Shown piece by piece: positions 9,298 to 17,743 of a DNA stretch of 64,000 nt. Source of the DNA: Candidatus Rifleibacteriota bacterium (lineage in GTDB: Bacteria; Muiribacteriota; Ozemobacteria; Ozemobacterales; Ozemobacteraceae); contig JBNJGH010000002.1 in assembly GCA_051747585.1 (NCBI GenBank), forward strand, positions 1,684 to 65,683, written 5' to 3'. Under the pieces are notes generated by a model that worked only from the letters and a program-made list of their open reading frames with translations, did not search any database and had not been told where the DNA came from. Made by a program: the position numbers and the translations under genes. Within the stretch, counting starts at the first letter, position 1, and each line of letters opens with the position of its first letter.

Positions 9298-9888
9298 CTA
9301 TTCCCAGTCGTCAACAAGTCTTAAATCGGGCATTTCGTTCTCAATTTTTCGCTTTTTATGATTTTGCATTTGGTTAAACCTGTTAAGGCGAACGAGGAAT
9401 TCTTCAATTTCTTCTTTCGTTAGAGCTTGAAGTTTATTTTTATCTTTTCGTTTAATCTGTTCTTCTGGTTTTATTTCGCGAGCATTATTTAAACCATGCT
9501 TGTAGGCCATTTTAACCTTTTTTCGAATCAGACCGGAATCATTTGTTTCTGCCGTAACAAGAGTAAATATCATAATAATGCATGCCAGACTGAAACCTAT
9601 TTCGATAGGTCTGAGAAATTTTTCCAGCATCTTATCCAAGAGGTTGAAGCTCGAATTTTCGTTTTCTACAGCATCTTCAACGGCGCTGATTATCTGCTGA
9701 TGTAGTTTACGAGGGAACTCAGGCTCATCCAGCGCTGACAACTGCTCCAGCATGGCTCCTCGGTTTTTCATAGCCATTGAGCAATCTGGGCATTGAGCTG
9801 CATGGGCAACAATATCCTGCCATTCAGCCGAATCGCAAGATGAGTCGGAACGCTCAAGATAATCAAGATATCTGTTACATTCTTTCAT
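9298..9888 (-). CDS. Zinc-binding anti-sigma factor (ZAS / zf-HC2 type), single-pass membrane protein. The start is revised to MKECNRY, which overlaps the sigma stop (ATGA).
   Basis: H/C motif ...AEWQDIVAHAAQCPDCS, and a hydrophobic helix GFSLACIIMIFTLVTA. The ATG at 9888..9886 overlaps the TGA of the upstream ECF sigma gene, indicating translational coupling. Confidence 0.65.
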   Translation of the reverse strand: MKECNRYLDYLERSDSSCDSAEWQDIVAHAAQCPDCSMAMKNRGAMLEQLSALDEPEFPRKLHQQIISAVEDAVENENSSFNLLDKMLEKFLRPIEIGFSLACIIMIFTLVTAETNDSGLIRKKVKMAYKHGLNNAREIKPEEQIKRKDKNKLQALTKEEIEEFLVRLNRFNQMQNHKKRKIENEMPDLRLVDDWE

Positions 9889-10517
9889 GACGCTCTCCCA
9901 TAATAATAAGCCTGAAGAGAATTTTGTAAAAGTCTTCTTCCACGATTGATCCTGGATTTTGCTGTTCCAAGCGGAATCTTGAGTATTTCGCAAATTTTTT
10001 CAAGAGGTAGTCCTTCAATATCTTTAAGAATCACAGGCATTCTGTAATTAGCCGGCAACTGGCTCAGTTTTTCAACGACCATCTTCTGGGTAATCTCAGT
10101 AGTTTCTTTAGCAATTAATTCTTCTTCGGGTGTTTCGACATTTCTGTCGGACCACCAGTTCATTATTGTTTTAAAAAGTCCTTCTTTTTCTTTTTTCCTT
10201 TTTTCTGCAATTGTTATACAGGTATTTGAAGCAATTCGATAAATCCAGGTTTTTAAAGAAGACCTTTGCTCGAACTTATTCAATGATTTATAAATTTTCA
10301 GGAATATTTCTTGAGTCGCATCCATAGCTTCTTCTTCATCGTAGAAAAATCTGTATGCCATACGATAAACAGATTTTTCATAGCTGGATACAAGTTGGTC
10401 AAAGGCTCTTTTATCACCATTTTTGAACCTATTGACCAACTCTTTATCCGTTTGTCTTTTCTTACTATCTTTAGACTCTGTTCTATTTAAAAAAGTTCCC
10501 ATTTTTTTACCAGACAA
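9885..10517 (-). CDS. ECF (sigma-24 / sigma-E-like) RNA polymerase sigma-70 family factor.
   Basis: Region 2 (YRMAYRFFYDEEEAMDATQEIFLKIY) and region 4 HTH (LEKICEILKIPLGTAKSRINRGRRLL). It is immediately upstream of, and coupled to, the anti-sigma gene. Confidence 0.85.
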   Translation of the reverse strand: MSGKKMGTFLNRTESKDSKKRQTDKELVNRFKNGDKRAFDQLVSSYEKSVYRMAYRFFYDEEEAMDATQEIFLKIYKSLNKFEQRSSLKTWIYRIASNTCITIAEKRKKEKEGLFKTIMNWWSDRNVETPEEELIAKETTEITQKMVVEKLSQLPANYRMPVILKDIEGLPLEKICEILKIPLGTAKSRINRGRRLLQNSLQAYYYGRAS

Positions 10518-10977
10518 AAAAAGGTATTGATTTATAGATTTTTACGATTTTTCCCGGGTGAATGCCAACCTGAAAATTGACATCATGATGCTTTTCTCGA
10601 GCATAAAATGAACCACGTCGATAAAGTCGCGCTGTTAATGAATAATAACCGACAGGAAGACGGATAGGTCTAAATGAAAATAAAATTCTTCGTTTTTCCT
10701 TAATGACTGACGCCGAATCATCAAAAAGGGTTGCGAGTCGTTTGTTTCCAAGCCAGATTTCAGCTCTTTGCGCAAGCTGAGAAACGCGCTTGACATTTTT
10801 TCCGGCAAAACTCTCTAAAGTGATTGCTACCTTCCCAACCCCCTTTTTTGTATCATCTAAAATAGATGATATATCAGAGAAATCTGAAAATGAAGCAACT
10901 TTTTGGCAATAACTTGTAGAAGCTACCAATAAAAAAAGGAAAACAAAAAATATTTTTATTAAATTATCTAATCTCAT
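10507..10977 (-). CDS. Hypothetical secreted protein sitting between the HD-GYP and ECF sigma genes.
   Basis: N-terminal signal peptide (FFVFLFLLVASTSYC). Its two ends overlap the neighbouring genes by 4 and 11 nt. Confidence 0.4.
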   Translation of the reverse strand: MRLDNLIKIFFVFLFLLVASTSYCQKVASFSDFSDISSILDDTKKGVGKVAITLESFAGKNVKRVSQLAQRAEIWLGNKRLATLFDDSASVIKEKRRILFSFRPIRLPVGYYSLTARLYRRGSFYAREKHHDVNFQVGIHPGKIVKIYKSIPFFVW

Positions 10978-12218
10978 CTGCTGTTTGCAGTAATATTTAA
11001 TGCCGCTGCGTCTGCCGGTCCTTTAATAAAGAGGTTTTTGTATTCGAGAAGATTAATTTCGACTCTTTCTTTTAGTCTATTACCATCAGGGTCCATAAGA
11101 ATTTTGATTACCGGGCGAATAACAGAATTTGAATTATTTTTAAGAACAAGCCCGTAAGATCCATCATTAAGAGCAACAAGACTACCGGCAGGATACAAAG
11201 AGAATTTTCGAATAAAAGATGTCAATAATTTGGGATCAAAATGATTATCTATACCTGAATTCAAAATTTTCATCGCTTCGTAGGGCGTCATTGCAATTCT
11301 ATAAGGGCGGTCAGTAGTAAGTGCATCATAAACATCTGCGATTGCACAAATTCTTCCAAAGAGACTGATTTCCGTACCTTTCAATTTGCGTGGGTAGCCT
11401 GCTCCCTGAAATTTTTCGTGGTGCTGAAGGGCGACAATTCTTGCTCGCTCCGGAAGTCCTCTTGATTTGCTGAGTATTTCATACCCGTACTGGGGGTGAG
11501 ATTTCATTTCGGCAAATTCCTGGTCGGTGAGCTTTCCATCTTTATTGAGTATGCTCAAAGGAATTTTCAGTTTTCCCACGTCATGCAGCAAAGCTCCTGT
11601 CCCCAGGTCATGGAGATCTTTTTTGTCGAGCCCGATTGCTACTCCGATCAAAAGAGACAGAGTAGCAACATTTATATTATGCGTAAAGGTATAATCATCG
11701 AAGGACTTGATATCCATAAGATTCATAATTGCATCCGGTGCCCGCAAGATCTCTTCGACAAGCTTCTCTGAGACTTCTTTGGTTTGTTTCGTATCCACTC
11801 CATGCCCCGAACGGACACTGTGAATCATATTTGAAACAGCTTTAAAAGCAACGACCTGTGTTTTTTTGGAAATAACCACTTTTTCACCAGTGGTTATGGT
11901 TTTCATTTCGGGAAATTTTTCAAAAAGCAGGTCAAAGTTTTTTGCAATACCGCTTACATTTGCTGCATCTGAAATATCAGTAATCTGAAAGTCACTTACT
12001 ACATATTCTTTTCCGTCATCGGTACGCAAATACAAATCTTTTCTAATCATTAAGGCTTCGACATCATATTCGCATTTCAGGTTTCGGAAAATAAAACGGG
12101 AAGGCATTTGCCGGGTACCGATGCGATCACCGGGTATCCATACAAATTCCGAGCATGAGCCGATATAGCTGTAACCGGTAAAAATAGATACGTCTGTTAA
12201 TTTTGTTGTTTGTCGCAT
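10974..12218 (-). CDS. HD-GYP domain c-di-GMP phosphodiesterase-like protein.
   Basis: HD motif LLHDVGKLKIP and the HHEKFQGAGYP (HD-GYP) signature. Confidence 0.8.
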   Translation of the reverse strand: MRQTTKLTDVSIFTGYSYIGSCSEFVWIPGDRIGTRQMPSRFIFRNLKCEYDVEALMIRKDLYLRTDDGKEYVVSDFQITDISDAANVSGIAKNFDLLFEKFPEMKTITTGEKVVISKKTQVVAFKAVSNMIHSVRSGHGVDTKQTKEVSEKLVEEILRAPDAIMNLMDIKSFDDYTFTHNINVATLSLLIGVAIGLDKKDLHDLGTGALLHDVGKLKIPLSILNKDGKLTDQEFAEMKSHPQYGYEILSKSRGLPERARIVALQHHEKFQGAGYPRKLKGTEISLFGRICAIADVYDALTTDRPYRIAMTPYEAMKILNSGIDNHFDPKLLTSFIRKFSLYPAGSLVALNDGSYGLVLKNNSNSVIRPVIKILMDPDGNRLKERVEINLLEYKNLFIKGPADAAALNITANSR

Positions 12219-12242
12219 AATAAAAAACTTAAATAAAAAATA

Positions 12243-12263
12243 AACCGCCTTTAAGGCGGTTTA
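12243..12263 (-). terminator. Intrinsic terminator after the M14 carboxypeptidase gene.
   Basis: Hairpin aaaccgcc-ttta-aggcggttt, flanked by A-runs and T-runs on both strands. Confidence 0.6.
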
Positions 12264-12298
12264 TTATACCATGCAAAACTAAAATTAAAAGTTTTTAG

Positions 12299-13792
12299 CT
12301 ATTTTTTTATTTGTTCGATAATATCCTGGCGATAAAACTCACCATGAGAATTATTGAACAAAACTCTTGTTCTAACGAAGGATTTCACCAGTGAGGCCTG
12401 AGAAAGCTCATTTATTTTATTCCATTTTTCGCTAGAACCGTTTTTGAGATCTTCAACGGTCAATTCTGCCAGTCTTAAACTAATTTTTTCAATTTTATTC
12501 AAGACTTCATTGCGCACCTTAATATTTGGTGAGCTCTTATAAAGGTTATTAATATCTTTTATTGCATCATGGGCCGTTTTAAAATCAAGAGCACTTATAA
12601 TTTCATCTGAGCCAGAAGGAGAAACGAGACCGTATGTACCGGCCTTATCGATCAGGTAAAGAACGGCAGGAACATTTAAGTTGCAGAAATCATTAATTTG
12701 AGTAGCCGAGGGAACAAATGTGCTACAGAGCTCAAAAGTAAACGAAAGCACTTTTAGTTCACCGTAAAGAAAATCGTCGGAGTCTCCCATGGCAGGGTAA
12801 AGATCAGCGCTGTTCTGTGGCCGATAACGATTAAATTCGGCCATTTTATTAGACATTTTCACAAATATCTCTTTATTGGGATTGGGGATATTATAACCAT
12901 AGCCATAAGGATAAAGAATCAGCTCAGAGTAGGTATGAAATGAAATGCTGGCTTGAAATTTTTCTTTTGTGGCAAAATCTCTGATTGCGCAGGCTTCAGG
13001 TTCGCTGAATGGGCCTGTTCCATGATAGGTGTTAGATGAAGTCCATGAGCTGGCCCCGGTATTACCCCACTTGTAGCCATAGTTTCGATTAAGATCGACT
13101 CCATAATTGCCATCGCCGTTATCCCGGCGATTTTTTCTCCAGTATTTGCTTTTTTCCTGAGAATATACCAGACCATCCGGATTAACTATTGGAACGAACC
13201 AGATTTCTCGAGAATCTACCAGGTGCTTGAGTTCCTGTTTATCATTATAATCTTCGAGCAGCTTTTTAATTGTAGCCATAGGCACTTCAACAGAGGGCCA
13301 TTCTCTTGCGTGATGCAGCCCCATGATCAAAGCTGCGGGTTCAGCTTCATCTTTTTGCGGATTATCACTGACTTTTAAGGCCCAGATATCACGGTTTTCA
13401 CAGCTTTTTCCAATGGATTTCAAAACACAGATTTCTTTATACTCTTCTGCCCATTTTTTAAGCTGGTCAGTTGCCGTATCAAAAGTATAATATCTGGCAT
13501 TTTTAGTTTGTCCGGCTTGCACCGACTTAATGTAATCATCGAGATTTTCGATCAATATCTCGATTGAATAATTCTTGTTTTTTAGTTTGTTTAACTGGGA
13601 ATCAGTTACAACTACCTCAGCAAAATCATTACCGGTTTTTGCCATATCAAAGCCATCGTTAACAAATTTTTGAATTTGCTGTTGCGATAGATCTTTGATT
13701 CGCACCAGACTGTTGACGGGACTCGCCAGCAATGCATTGGTGCAAAGGGTAAAAATACAACAAGCCACAATAAAATAACGTTTCATACTCAA
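12299..13792 (-). CDS. M14-family zinc carboxypeptidase (secreted).
   Basis: Signal peptide, the HxxE zinc motif GLHHAREWPS, and peptidase_M14-like downstream segments (FHTYSELILYPYGY). Confidence 0.8.
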   Translation of the reverse strand: MSMKRYFIVACCIFTLCTNALLASPVNSLVRIKDLSQQQIQKFVNDGFDMAKTGNDFAEVVVTDSQLNKLKNKNYSIEILIENLDDYIKSVQAGQTKNARYYTFDTATDQLKKWAEEYKEICVLKSIGKSCENRDIWALKVSDNPQKDEAEPAALIMGLHHAREWPSVEVPMATIKKLLEDYNDKQELKHLVDSREIWFVPIVNPDGLVYSQEKSKYWRKNRRDNGDGNYGVDLNRNYGYKWGNTGASSWTSSNTYHGTGPFSEPEACAIRDFATKEKFQASISFHTYSELILYPYGYGYNIPNPNKEIFVKMSNKMAEFNRYRPQNSADLYPAMGDSDDFLYGELKVLSFTFELCSTFVPSATQINDFCNLNVPAVLYLIDKAGTYGLVSPSGSDEIISALDFKTAHDAIKDINNLYKSSPNIKVRNEVLNKIEKISLRLAELTVEDLKNGSSEKWNKINELSQASLVKSFVRTRVLFNNSHGEFYRQDIIEQIKK

Positions 13793-13894
13793 TTCTCCTT
13801 ATGAGACCTGAAAAATAATACTCTAATACTCTTGTCGAGAATATACTAATTGTAATCCCCTACACAATTTGTGTCAAGCAACCCAAAAAAACCG

Positions 13895-14086
13895 TAATTC
13901 TCCATTTGATTGTAGAAACCGTCTCAAGACATTTAGATTGCTTCGTCGTTCTGCTTCGCAGAACTCCTCGCAATGACAATTTAGGACTGTCATTGCGAGC
14001 GAAGCGAAGCAATCCTGATATGCTAAATTTTAGTTTATAACAAAGAACACAAAAAAGTCATGAAACTAGCTAATATTGCTAACCGG
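13895..14086. mobile_element. MITE-like palindromic element, copy 2.
   Basis: Left end ccatttgattgtagaaaccgtctcaagacatttagattgcttcg, core tcctcgcaatgacaatttaggactgtcattgcgagcgaagcgaagcaatc, right end gtcatgaaactagctaatattgc. It is in the same orientation as copy 3. Confidence 0.7.
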
Positions 14087-14117
14087 ATATTTACTGAAGA
14101 AGACAGTTGGGCAAAAA

Positions 14118-14585
14118 TTATTTCCAGGATTTGAAGGGTACCCTGGCAAGGTTGGCATTAAGGTATCGAGGTTCGTTGGTAACTTCTTTACCTGCCCATA
14201 ATGGTAACATGAAGGTTTCCTCTTCTTGTTCGAGTTCAATTTCTGCAATAACCAGACCTTTATTATCTCCAAAATACTCATCTACAACCCATTCTTTTCC
14301 CTCATAGTTTAATGTGTAGCGGTTTTTTTCTATTAAAGAATACTGACAAAAGTTTGTGAACAATTCTTCGGCATCATGAATGGGAATTGAATATTCAAAT
14401 TCCTTGCGGGTAATATTTCTGGCGGGACCTTTTAAAGTTAAATAGGCATCAGCACCAATAATTCGTACCCTGATCGTTTTTTCTTTTTCAGCACAAATAT
14501 AGCCCTGACGACAATAAACGCCGTCGGCCTGGTTTTTATAATCCTGATTTACTACCAGGAATTTTCTTTCAATTTCATTTGCCAT
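14118..14585 (-). CDS. CYTH-domain protein (CyaB / thiamine-triphosphatase-like).
   Basis: The N-terminal EIERKFLV motif and overall size (155 aa) are typical of CYTH enzymes. Confidence 0.75.
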   Translation of the reverse strand: MANEIERKFLVVNQDYKNQADGVYCRQGYICAEKEKTIRVRIIGADAYLTLKGPARNITRKEFEYSIPIHDAEELFTNFCQYSLIEKNRYTLNYEGKEWVVDEYFGDNKGLVIAEIELEQEEETFMLPLWAGKEVTNEPRYLNANLARVPFKSWK

Positions 14586-14700
14586 TGCATCAACCTCATC
14601 ACTTAGCAGTCAATAAATTATTTCGCAAAAATTTTTTTAATAAAGCAACGATAGCATAAAAAAAGGAATGGAGAAAATTTTAACAGCCTGTAATCAGCAA

Positions 14701-14895
14701 TTATCCATTTATTTGTAGAAACCGTTTCAAGTCATTTAGATTGCTTCGCTTCGCTCGCAATGACAGCCACAAATTGTCATTGCGAGGAGCGTAGCGACGA
14801 AGCAATCTTAAGATATGCTCAAATTTATTATATAACAAAAAATACAAAAATGTCTTGAAACTCGCTAATATTAATAAATGGATAACTACTGGCCT
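14701..14895. mobile_element. MITE-like palindromic element, copy 3.
   Basis: Terminal inverted repeats ttatccatttatttgtagaaaccgtttcaagtcatttagattgcttcg ... cgaagcaatcttaag...tcttgaaactcgctaatattaataaatggataactactgg, with core ctcgcaatgacagccacaaattgtcattgcgag. The ORF-track entry 14701..15066 lies on this repeat and is rejected. Confidence 0.7.
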
Positions 14896-14934
14896 GTAAT
14901 GGCCAGTTTTAATTAATTGCTGAAATATAAAAAG

Positions 14935-14956
14935 CAGCCCCGAAATCTCGGGGCTG
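14935..14956. terminator. Strong GC hairpin (cagccccga-aatc-tcggggctg) in a non-coding region.
   Basis: 9-bp perfect stem, flanked by an A-run (aaaaag) and followed by taaatat. No adjacent CDS end is nearby, so it may be the 3' end of a small RNA. Confidence 0.4.
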
Positions 14957-15085
14957 TAAATATAGTTCGGTTTGTTTGCCTTTGCTGGTTTTACACTAAT
15001 TCTCTGGAGAGTATTGAATTTTTTGCTTAACAGCAGGAGGGCTATGAGAGTGAGCGAATTTAACAAGGGAGGAAAAGTGAGAGAA

Positions 15086-15108
15086 AAGCCCCGGAGAGTC
15101 CGGGGCTT
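15086..15108. terminator. Strong GC hairpin (aagccccgga-gag-tccggggctt), followed by ataaaag and a (GA)7 tract.
   Basis: 10-bp perfect stem, read directly from the sequence. It sits in a ~530-bp ORF-free region. Confidence 0.4.
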
Positions 15109-15365
15109 ATAAAAGAGTTATTAATCAGAGAGAGAGAGAGGTTTAAAGTAAACTACCAAACAAACTGAAGGAAGCATTCACCTCCTTCAAATGTTCCATA
15201 GGCTTCTCCTTTTAATTCGATTTAATTTTTTAAGAACTTTTATTAAGTTACGAATTAATAGAGCATATTACATGCCAACTTATTTTATTTTCTGGGAACC
15301 CGCTATTATGGGAACTGTAAGAAGAATTTTTATTAAAGCAATTTAACGGGATACGAAATAAAGTA

Positions 15366-15412
15366 GATCCCCCGATATTTCATGCACGAAATATCGGGGG
15401 ATCTTGTTTTTG
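15366..15412 (-). terminator. Intrinsic terminator downstream of trmB. The stem is symmetric, so it is also functional on the plus strand (T-run ttgttttt).
   Basis: gatcccccgatattt-catgcacg-aaatatcgggggatc, a 15-bp perfect stem located 11 nt after the trmB stop. Confidence 0.7.
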
Positions 15413-15422
15413 ACAAGCAAAA

Positions 15423-16103
15423 TCAGAAAAGGGGAGAAACCTCTTTATCCAGAATAAATTTTAACAGGCAGATCTTCTTTCCCTGCTCGAGAAACTTTTT
15501 CTCGTAAGTGGTCTTTATTGTTTCTTCCTGGCTTAAAGAATTTCGGGCATATAAATCATCAGTAGCTTTTAAAATTTTCAAACCATTCTTTTGGGCGAGA
15601 TTCAAAGTAAATTGATAGGTGGCAAAATCATCAGTTTTTAAATTTATGATTCCACTACCCTTCATAGAAGCAAAATATCGATTGAGAAAAAAAGGAGAGG
15701 TCAGTCGACGTTTAAGTTTTTCTGAAAAGGGATCGGGAAAAGTTATCCAGAATTCATCAACTTCATCTGCAAAAATTTTATGAATAAAATCTATTTTGCT
15801 TCTAACAAAAGCAACATTTTTTATATTATTCTCTTCGACCTCTTTTGCGCCGTGGTACAGCCTCGAACCTTTTACATCTACACCGATAAAGTTATTATCT
15901 GGATACAGATTAGACAGCCCAAGGACGTACTCGCCCCTGCCACATCCGAGCTCAACAATTAATTTCTTCTGCCCGGCGAAGAAATTATTTTTCCAGTTGC
16001 CTTTGTAAGAGCATTCGTTATTAAGAAGGAACCTTGGGTCAAATTCCATAAGACAATCAAATTGTTTGTTTTCGGCAAATCGTAATAGCTTTTTTTTACC
16101 CAT
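15423..16103 (-). CDS. trmB: tRNA (guanine-N7)-methyltransferase.
   Basis: SAM-binding LIVELGCGRGEYVLGLSNLYPDNNFIGVDVKGSRL and the TrmB-like C-terminal half. Confidence 0.8.
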   Translation of the reverse strand: MGKKKLLRFAENKQFDCLMEFDPRFLLNNECSYKGNWKNNFFAGQKKLIVELGCGRGEYVLGLSNLYPDNNFIGVDVKGSRLYHGAKEVEENNIKNVAFVRSKIDFIHKIFADEVDEFWITFPDPFSEKLKRRLTSPFFLNRYFASMKGSGIINLKTDDFATYQFTLNLAQKNGLKILKATDDLYARNSLSQEETIKTTYEKKFLEQGKKICLLKFILDKEVSPLF

Positions 16104-16152
16104 AACTTAAGATTTGAATAATAGATTAATCTTAGATAAACCTGGTCAGCTC

Positions 16153-16629
16153 TTAGTCTGAATCGACATGAATAAGCTTGTCGGGAGAAACTTTAGGACC
16201 TTTAAGGATATCGTTAAAACTAGTTTCTTCAGGATCGACCTTTTGTCCCGTTCTAGAAACAGAGTCAGGACTTTGATCGTTCTGATTTTGCGAGTCGTCG
16301 TCCAAACTGCTTTCTGATTCGACTCCACTTTTTGCATTATCAATCATTTCCTGCCTTTTATCTTGATCACGCTCCTGAGCAATCTTTTTTAAAGTAGATT
16401 TATCGGGGATGATGATTTCAGCACCATTTGGAATGGCCCTGGGATTGTCAATGCCATTCACTTCCATAAACACCGGATACAAAGTCGGATCACCAAAGAG
16501 CCTTGCTGCAAGCTCCCATAATGTATCCCCCGCCTTGAATATGTAAGTGTCAACTCCTGCAAAGGCTTGAGTTGCAACTGAAAAGGACAGTAGAACAGTT
16601 AATACGAACAGAAATAATTTACTTTTCAT
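16153..16629 (-). CDS. Secreted LysM-domain protein.
   Basis: Signal peptide, plus a LysM motif YIFKAGDTLWELAARLFGDPTLYPVFMEVNGIDNPRAIPNGAEIIIP. Confidence 0.7.
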   Translation of the reverse strand: MKSKLFLFVLTVLLSFSVATQAFAGVDTYIFKAGDTLWELAARLFGDPTLYPVFMEVNGIDNPRAIPNGAEIIIPDKSTLKKIAQERDQDKRQEMIDNAKSGVESESSLDDDSQNQNDQSPDSVSRTGQKVDPEETSFNDILKGPKVSPDKLIHVDSD

Positions 16630-17240
16630 CAGCTTCCTCCTGTTGCCTGTCTGGCAAGGTTCCAGTATTTTTCTTCCTCGGAAAGAGTAGAAGTATAGAA
16701 TCTTGGATAAAGATAAGCTTTTACTTCTACTTTATTAGCTTTATTACTTTTCGATCTGGATTCGAGTTCTTTATCTTTATCGACAATGATGCGAAAAGCG
16801 AGAAATTCTTTGCCCTCTTCGGTAGACTCTTCTATTATAAAGTCATCGACTTTAGCCTTACTTACCGGTCTTTTAGATGCCCCTTCCAGTTGGCGGTAAA
16901 CCAGATTGTCTTCGAAGGTATATTTGACAATTTTTCTTTCGCCATTGTAGAGAATACAAAACTTCAATGAGCTTGCGCCCGGGGTGGTTGTAACCTCAGG
17001 TTTTTCTTCTTCTCTGGCGGGTGGAACAGCTACTCTCAAATCAGATTTCAACTTTTCAAGAATGATACTTGCAGACCTGAGATTTGTTAGTTTTGTCTGG
17101 CTCTTGAAAAATTGGGAAAAGGTTCCGGACATCAGTTTATAAATAACGCCCGAAAATAGAGAAATAATAATTACCACGACCATTATTTCTATCATTGTAA
17201 AAGCTTTTTTGTTGTTTTTGCAATATTGAAACATATTCAA
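16629..17240 (-). CDS. Pseudopilin with a prepilin-type N-terminal cleavage/methylation domain (size and position are GspJ/PulJ-like).
   Basis: KKAFTMIEIMVVVIIISLF N-terminus, with the conserved Glu at +5 after the predicted cleavage site. Confidence 0.6.
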   Translation of the reverse strand: MNMFQYCKNNKKAFTMIEIMVVVIIISLFSGVIYKLMSGTFSQFFKSQTKLTNLRSASIILEKLKSDLRVAVPPAREEEKPEVTTTPGASSLKFCILYNGERKIVKYTFEDNLVYRQLEGASKRPVSKAKVDDFIIEESTEEGKEFLAFRIIVDKDKELESRSKSNKANKVEVKAYLYPRFYTSTLSEEEKYWNLARQATGGS

Positions 17241-17740
17241 TCCATCACCATGGTGTATAAACTAACCTGGTCAATCTTTTCGCCGGGTCGCGGGAACTCG
17301 ACTCTAACCGTAATAAGAAAATTCGGAACAGAACGACGTTTATTGATCAAATCACTCATCCAGCCAATAATACCCATAGGGCCACGGCTGTCTTTTCCTT
17401 TGAACTTTCTGACCTCGACAATTCTGGTATAGGGATCATCGCATGATGGCGGCGGCGGTGGAACATCATCGAAACGCCTGAAGAAGGCAGCGATCTGTGA
17501 GTCATTAGAAAGCCTGAAATTTTCTATGGAACCTGCCGCCTCTTCAAATTTATGAAATTTTATTTCGCGTATATAGTTAATTAAATCAGAAGCATAATTT
17601 GTTGCAGCTACTTCCTGAAGATTATTTTTTGTACCCTTCTGACCAAATTGAAAAAGATTATATAAAGGCAAAAATGCAAGGCTTAAAAAAACCATGGTAA
17701 TTAAAATTTCAATTAATGAGAATGCAGTTTTACTTTTCAT
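17237..17740 (-). CDS. Pseudopilin (GspI/PulI-like minor pseudopilin).
   Basis: KTAFSLIEILITMVFLSLAFLPLY prepilin motif. The downstream QEVAATNYASDLINYI segment resembles the GspI ...ASWLADNQL region. Confidence 0.55.
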   Translation of the reverse strand: MKSKTAFSLIEILITMVFLSLAFLPLYNLFQFGQKGTKNNLQEVAATNYASDLINYIREIKFHKFEEAAGSIENFRLSNDSQIAAFFRRFDDVPPPPPSCDDPYTRIVEVRKFKGKDSRGPMGIIGWMSDLINKRRSVPNFLITVRVEFPRPGEKIDQVSLYTMVMD

Positions 17741-17743
17741 AAC

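Noticed and set aside
10518-10620. Putative ECF-type promoter (GGAAAA-N16-18-TCAATA) upstream of the first ECF sigma gene
   Set aside because: The match to the GGAACTT/TCTAA-type consensus is weak and lies inside the upstream CDS, so it cannot be supported without transcript data.
14701-15066. 121-aa minus-strand ORF
   Set aside because: Its 5' half lies on MITE copy 3 (14701-14895), and the translation is low-complexity with no RBS; it is an artefact of the palindromic repeat.
15060-15112. GGAGGAAAAGU...GAGUCCGGGGCUUAU resembling the RNase P RNA P4 region
   Set aside because: The similarity is confined to ~15 nt. No other universally conserved RNase P segments (e.g. GGUAAGAGCGCACC, P10-P12 elements) are present in the 527-bp region, and the motif is sequestered in a perfect local hairpin.
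15167-15191. GAAGGAAGCA hairpin resembling SRP RNA helix 8
   Set aside because: Only a 10-nt match. The flanking sequence lacks the conserved GGUCC...AAGGCAG context and a closing helix 5, so it is insufficient to call an SRP RNA.
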